From Fonticula alba ATCC 38817 (taxonomy: Eukaryota > Protista > Nucleariida): DNA of 19,533 nucleotides. The position numbers and the translations under genes are program-made. The first letter of the stretch is position 1; every line of letters starts with the position of its first letter. The stretch is taken from assembly GCA_000388065.2 (NCBI GenBank), contig KB932203.1; one strand, given 5' to 3'. The notes under the pieces are model-generated. The model searched no databases and was not told the DNA's origin. It worked only from the letters and a program-made list of their open reading frames with translations. Below, piece by piece: positions 19,101 to 19,533 of this stretch.

Positions 19101-19434
19101 GGATCTCTCGAAGGGCCAGGCTGTCGACGAAGCCCAGGACCTCCTGGCGGAACCCCTCGGCTGAGGATGCCGCGCCAGCCCACACCACGTCATGGCCCAC
19201 CTCCGAGGGGGGGCCCGGCTCGGCCGGGGTGCTGGGGCCTGCGCCTGAGCCGGCCAGCTGTGGCGCCCAGACCGGCCCCGGGGATGGCGGGCACCAGAGA
19301 CCCGCCTCCGGGAAGATCTCCCCGTCGGGGCCAGCTGCATCGGGTCCGGGAAATTGAAAGCCGCCAGCCAGATCCGCGGCGGCGGCGGCGGCGGCGGCGT
19401 CGGGTAGCTCGTCGGCCAGGCAAGGCAGGTCCAT
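16109..19434 (-). CDS. VEZT: Vezatin-family protein (two hydrophobic segments plus vezatin domain)
   Basis: LLDMTGLLARRLVCFERLALGALAAIIDDELLSRGFS resembles recalled human VEZT [43 protein letters not shown] resembles QHLIGLRKAV. A hydrophobic pair (GIVKALGLVALAVGCAV and GLAALGGFLAGALPGLFL) lies just upstream. The C-terminal KSTLSREERIA and AMLDLVSELQDVL resemble the tails of fungal vezatins as I recall them. Exons: 19434-18410; 18172 (or 18163) to 17693; 17584-17457; 17287-16925; 16504-16323; 16204-16109 (TGA). Phases are consistent. Confidence 0.75.
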
Positions 19435-19533
19435 GGGGGGGCAAGCAGATGCGCGAGGGCACGGGCGCCGGCACGCACAAAGATGCGCGAAGAAGGCACA
19501 CGCGCACTGGGCGGGGCGGGAGAAGGGGGGGGG

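Noticed and set aside
1-19533. tRNA, rRNA, snRNA, transposase or viral genes
   Set aside because: I recognised no cloverleaf, rRNA-like segment, terminal inverted repeat with target-site duplication, or transposase/RT motif. Almost all of the sequence is explained by the four genes and their introns. An Infernal/tRNAscan run would be needed to exclude small intronic ncRNAs.

Overview
Eukaryotic, very GC-rich, intron-containing draft-genome DNA with six N-gaps. It is not prokaryotic, so the ORF track is dominated by spurious overlapping frames. I reconstructed four spliced protein-coding genes by hand. (1) An unknown gene on the minus strand (~3056 to <75, running off the window) encodes at least 9 copies of an acidic ~25-aa motif (LDRNY[DE]DISDAGSDDEDLLAQLGAL) separated by Pro/Ala-rich linkers. 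(2) TEL2/TELO2 lies on the minus strand (3441 to ~8118). (3) Symplekin/Pta1 lies on the plus strand (8765-15734), head-to-head with TEL2. (4) A vezatin-family gene lies on the minus strand (16109-19434). Family calls rest on motif-by-motif comparison with human and fungal sequences recalled from memory, not on a database search. Vezatin points to an opisthokont. The style (poly-C and CA-repeat introns, 10-N gaps) is reminiscent of a Fonticula-like draft, but this cannot be verified here. I saw no rRNA, tRNA, CRISPR or mobile element. The best candidate for something new is the multivalent motif-array protein of gene 1. Secondary signals are a +4C-dominated splice-donor consensus (GTGCGT), strand-polarised CA repeats in introns, and loss of the PIH1-binding DSDD serine in TEL2.
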